64,000 bases of DNA from Eledone cirrhosa. Its lineage: Eukaryota. This document shows, piece by piece, positions 61,883 through 64,000 of this stretch (position 1 is its first letter; every line of letters begins with the position of its first letter). The DNA is taken from NCBI GenBank assembly GCA_964016885.1, contig OZ024740.1, positions 369,768,001 to 369,832,000 of the forward strand. Reading direction: 5' to 3'. The notes beneath the pieces are model-generated. The model did no database searches and had not been told where the DNA came from. It saw nothing but the letters and a program-made list of their open reading frames with translations. The position numbers were made by a program, and so were the translations under genes.

Positions 61883-62749
61883 TCAATAATAAAATAGCGT
61901 ATAATCTAAACAATAACATCAATAATAATAGATGTATGGTAAATAGGTTGAGAAGTTACAGATGTAAAAAGTAAAAGTAAACTATAAGATAGGTTACATC
62001 AAAAATTAAGAAAAATGAGAGAATGAAAAATATAAAGGGATAAATAAATAAATAAGTGAGAGCTTGTAAGTACATAGTAGTAGTTTTTAAGTAAGTGTTC
62101 TTATAAGGATTCCCTGGTGGGAAACTAGATTCGAGATGTACATAGATACGTGTAGAGGGTCCGATAAAAGAGATAATAAATTAGAGATTAATTGCTGGAT
62201 GTATGTATGATATTTATGGGCTAGGGATGATGGGACATTTGATAAACGCTTGTTGTAAATGTTTTGCTGATTGTTCTATTTTAATGGGGTTGATGTTGTT
62301 TCAGTGAGAGAGGGTGAAAGAAATGTTCAGAGATTTATGATCCAGTGCCTAGTTGGGCGTTTGATAGCTAATAGCAGTGCGATGGTGTGTATTATGTATG
62401 TAAAATCTCTCTACACGTATCTATGTACATCTCGAATCTAGTTTCCCACCAACGAATCCTTATAAGAACACTTATTGAAAAACTACTACTATGTACTTAC
62501 AAGCTCTCATTTATTTATTGTTCTCTTTATATTATCTATTCTCTCATTTTCTTACTTTTTTATATAACCTATCTTATATTCTACTTTTACTTTTTACATC
62601 TATAACTTCTCTACCTATTTACCATACATGTATTATTATTGATGTTATTGTTTAGATTATACGCTATTTTATTATTGATGTTATTGTTTTAATTATACGA
62701 TATTTTTCTATATAAGTCTTGCCTCAAGTGATTTACCTTCACATCTACA

Positions 62750-62858
62750 TACTCTGATGTGTTGACCATAGGTGAATAATGTATTGGAGATCGAATAACG
62801 CAACACCAAGCGATTAGCGAACTCTAGACCCACATGATCAACGAAACAATTGTTAGTA
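62750..62858 (+). ncRNA. Hammerhead-like motif with long stem II and CTGATGT core (inverted copy about 57097-57207)
   Basis: TACT-CTGATGT-GTTGA...TCAAC-GAAA-CAATTG-TT-AGTA. The left-arm copy has a GUC triplet and the same A9U change. Confidence 0.6.
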
Positions 62859-64000
62859 CTTTAAATATAGCCATTATTGTGCAGCCAACCATGTTACTCT
62901 TCATTCTTTCACTATTATTCCTCCAAGTATAACCTGCATATCAATTACCGCGAACTCGCTGCATAACTATGGAAGCATCTTGTTGAGTCGAAAAAAAGCC
63001 GGACGTTAAAACTATCCACGACGGAGAGTACTCAAAAACTCTAACTGGATTACCTATAAAGATAACTTGTTATCCCATATTTATATATATGTGTGTGTGT
63101 GTATGTATGTTTATATATATATATGTTTATATATATATATGTGTGTTATATATATATATATGTATGTTTATATATATATATGTGTATGCGTGTGTATGCT
63201 TGTATATATGTGTGTATGGGTATGTATGTGTACGTGTGTGTGTATATATATATATATATTTGTGTGTTTATGCGTATATACACGTGCGCGTATGTATAGA
63301 GCTTTTTCTTTTTTTGTGTTTTTGTGTTTGTATGTATGTTTATATGTGTGCGTACACACCCTTTTCATATGTGTGCGTGTGTATTCGTGTGTAGATTTTT
63401 GAGTGCATATATATATGTGTGTATATGTATGCGTATGTATTTATGTCCCTGTTCGTATTTCTATGTAGACGCATATACGCTTATGTGAGAGAGTATACGT
63501 CTACGTATTATTACGTATATGCGCGTAGTTGAGTGTATGTATGTTTATGTTCTGGATATTTATTTTTTTATATATATATATTTTTTATATTTTTTCCCCT
63601 ATTTCCTTTTCGCCCGTTTATCAGCCTCACTTTCATATTTCCTAAATGTTGTTTTCAAATCTATATTTAATAAAAAGACCATGTTATTTATTCATTCTGC
63701 CGACTGACGACAGACGCAACATCTGCCTTCAAGAAACGACTGGTAAATTAAATACTTATCTGATGTTGTTTATTATATAACTATATATATATATATACAT
63801 TTTCAATGGTAGTTGAGTTGCCACATTTTACTTGTTAAATGTAAACAGATTTATAAAAATTCAGGCTTATATACACCTGGTGAACCAACACTAGCTATTA
63901 TAATTATTTCATTTGTATGCTTCATTTTTCTTTATATATAGAAACAATTATTCTTTATATATATATATATATATATATATATTTGGTTTACGCGACTCAC

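Larger units (their letters stand above)
57046..62910 (+). mobile_element. PLE-type foldback (~500-bp arms) interrupted by a Helitron and an HHR monomer
   Basis: Left arm 57046-57277 plus 61883-62157 is the reverse complement of about 62408-62910. Confidence 0.85.

Noticed and set aside
63690-63750. CTGACGA-CAGA..TCTG..GAAA motif
   Set aside because: Seven unpaired bases separate stem II from GAAA and stem I is absent.

Overview
AT-rich, microsatellite-dense animal genomic DNA, probably a cephalopod (octopus-like SINEs; inferred, not verified). No confident host gene; almost everything recognisable is mobile DNA: Penelope-like retroelements (PLEs; RT and GIY-YIG fragments, usually with an inverted 5' arm and sitting in (TA)n), a decayed Rep/Pif1 Helitron plus a non-autonomous Helitron, Tx1/L1-like and Tc1/mariner fragments, and tRNA-type SINEs. 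The main result is a hammerhead-ribozyme (HHR) system. A 6.75-kb array (34991-41740) of near-identical 466-bp non-coding units carries one minimal type I HHR per unit (14 in total), arranged as about 11.1 units plus about 3.4 inverted units, and is inserted in an older copy of its own family. A diverged 467-bp relative occurs as a 1.1-mer with a 9-bp target-site duplication (57284-57805), and an unrelated 488-bp HHR monomer occurs as a 1.3-mer (5614-6250). This fits retrozyme-like circular RNAs copied by rolling-circle reverse transcription using PLE machinery (inference). About ten further HHR-like motifs, several with very long stem II or altered cores, lie at PLE ends. All pairings and coordinates were read by eye; no folding or database search was run.
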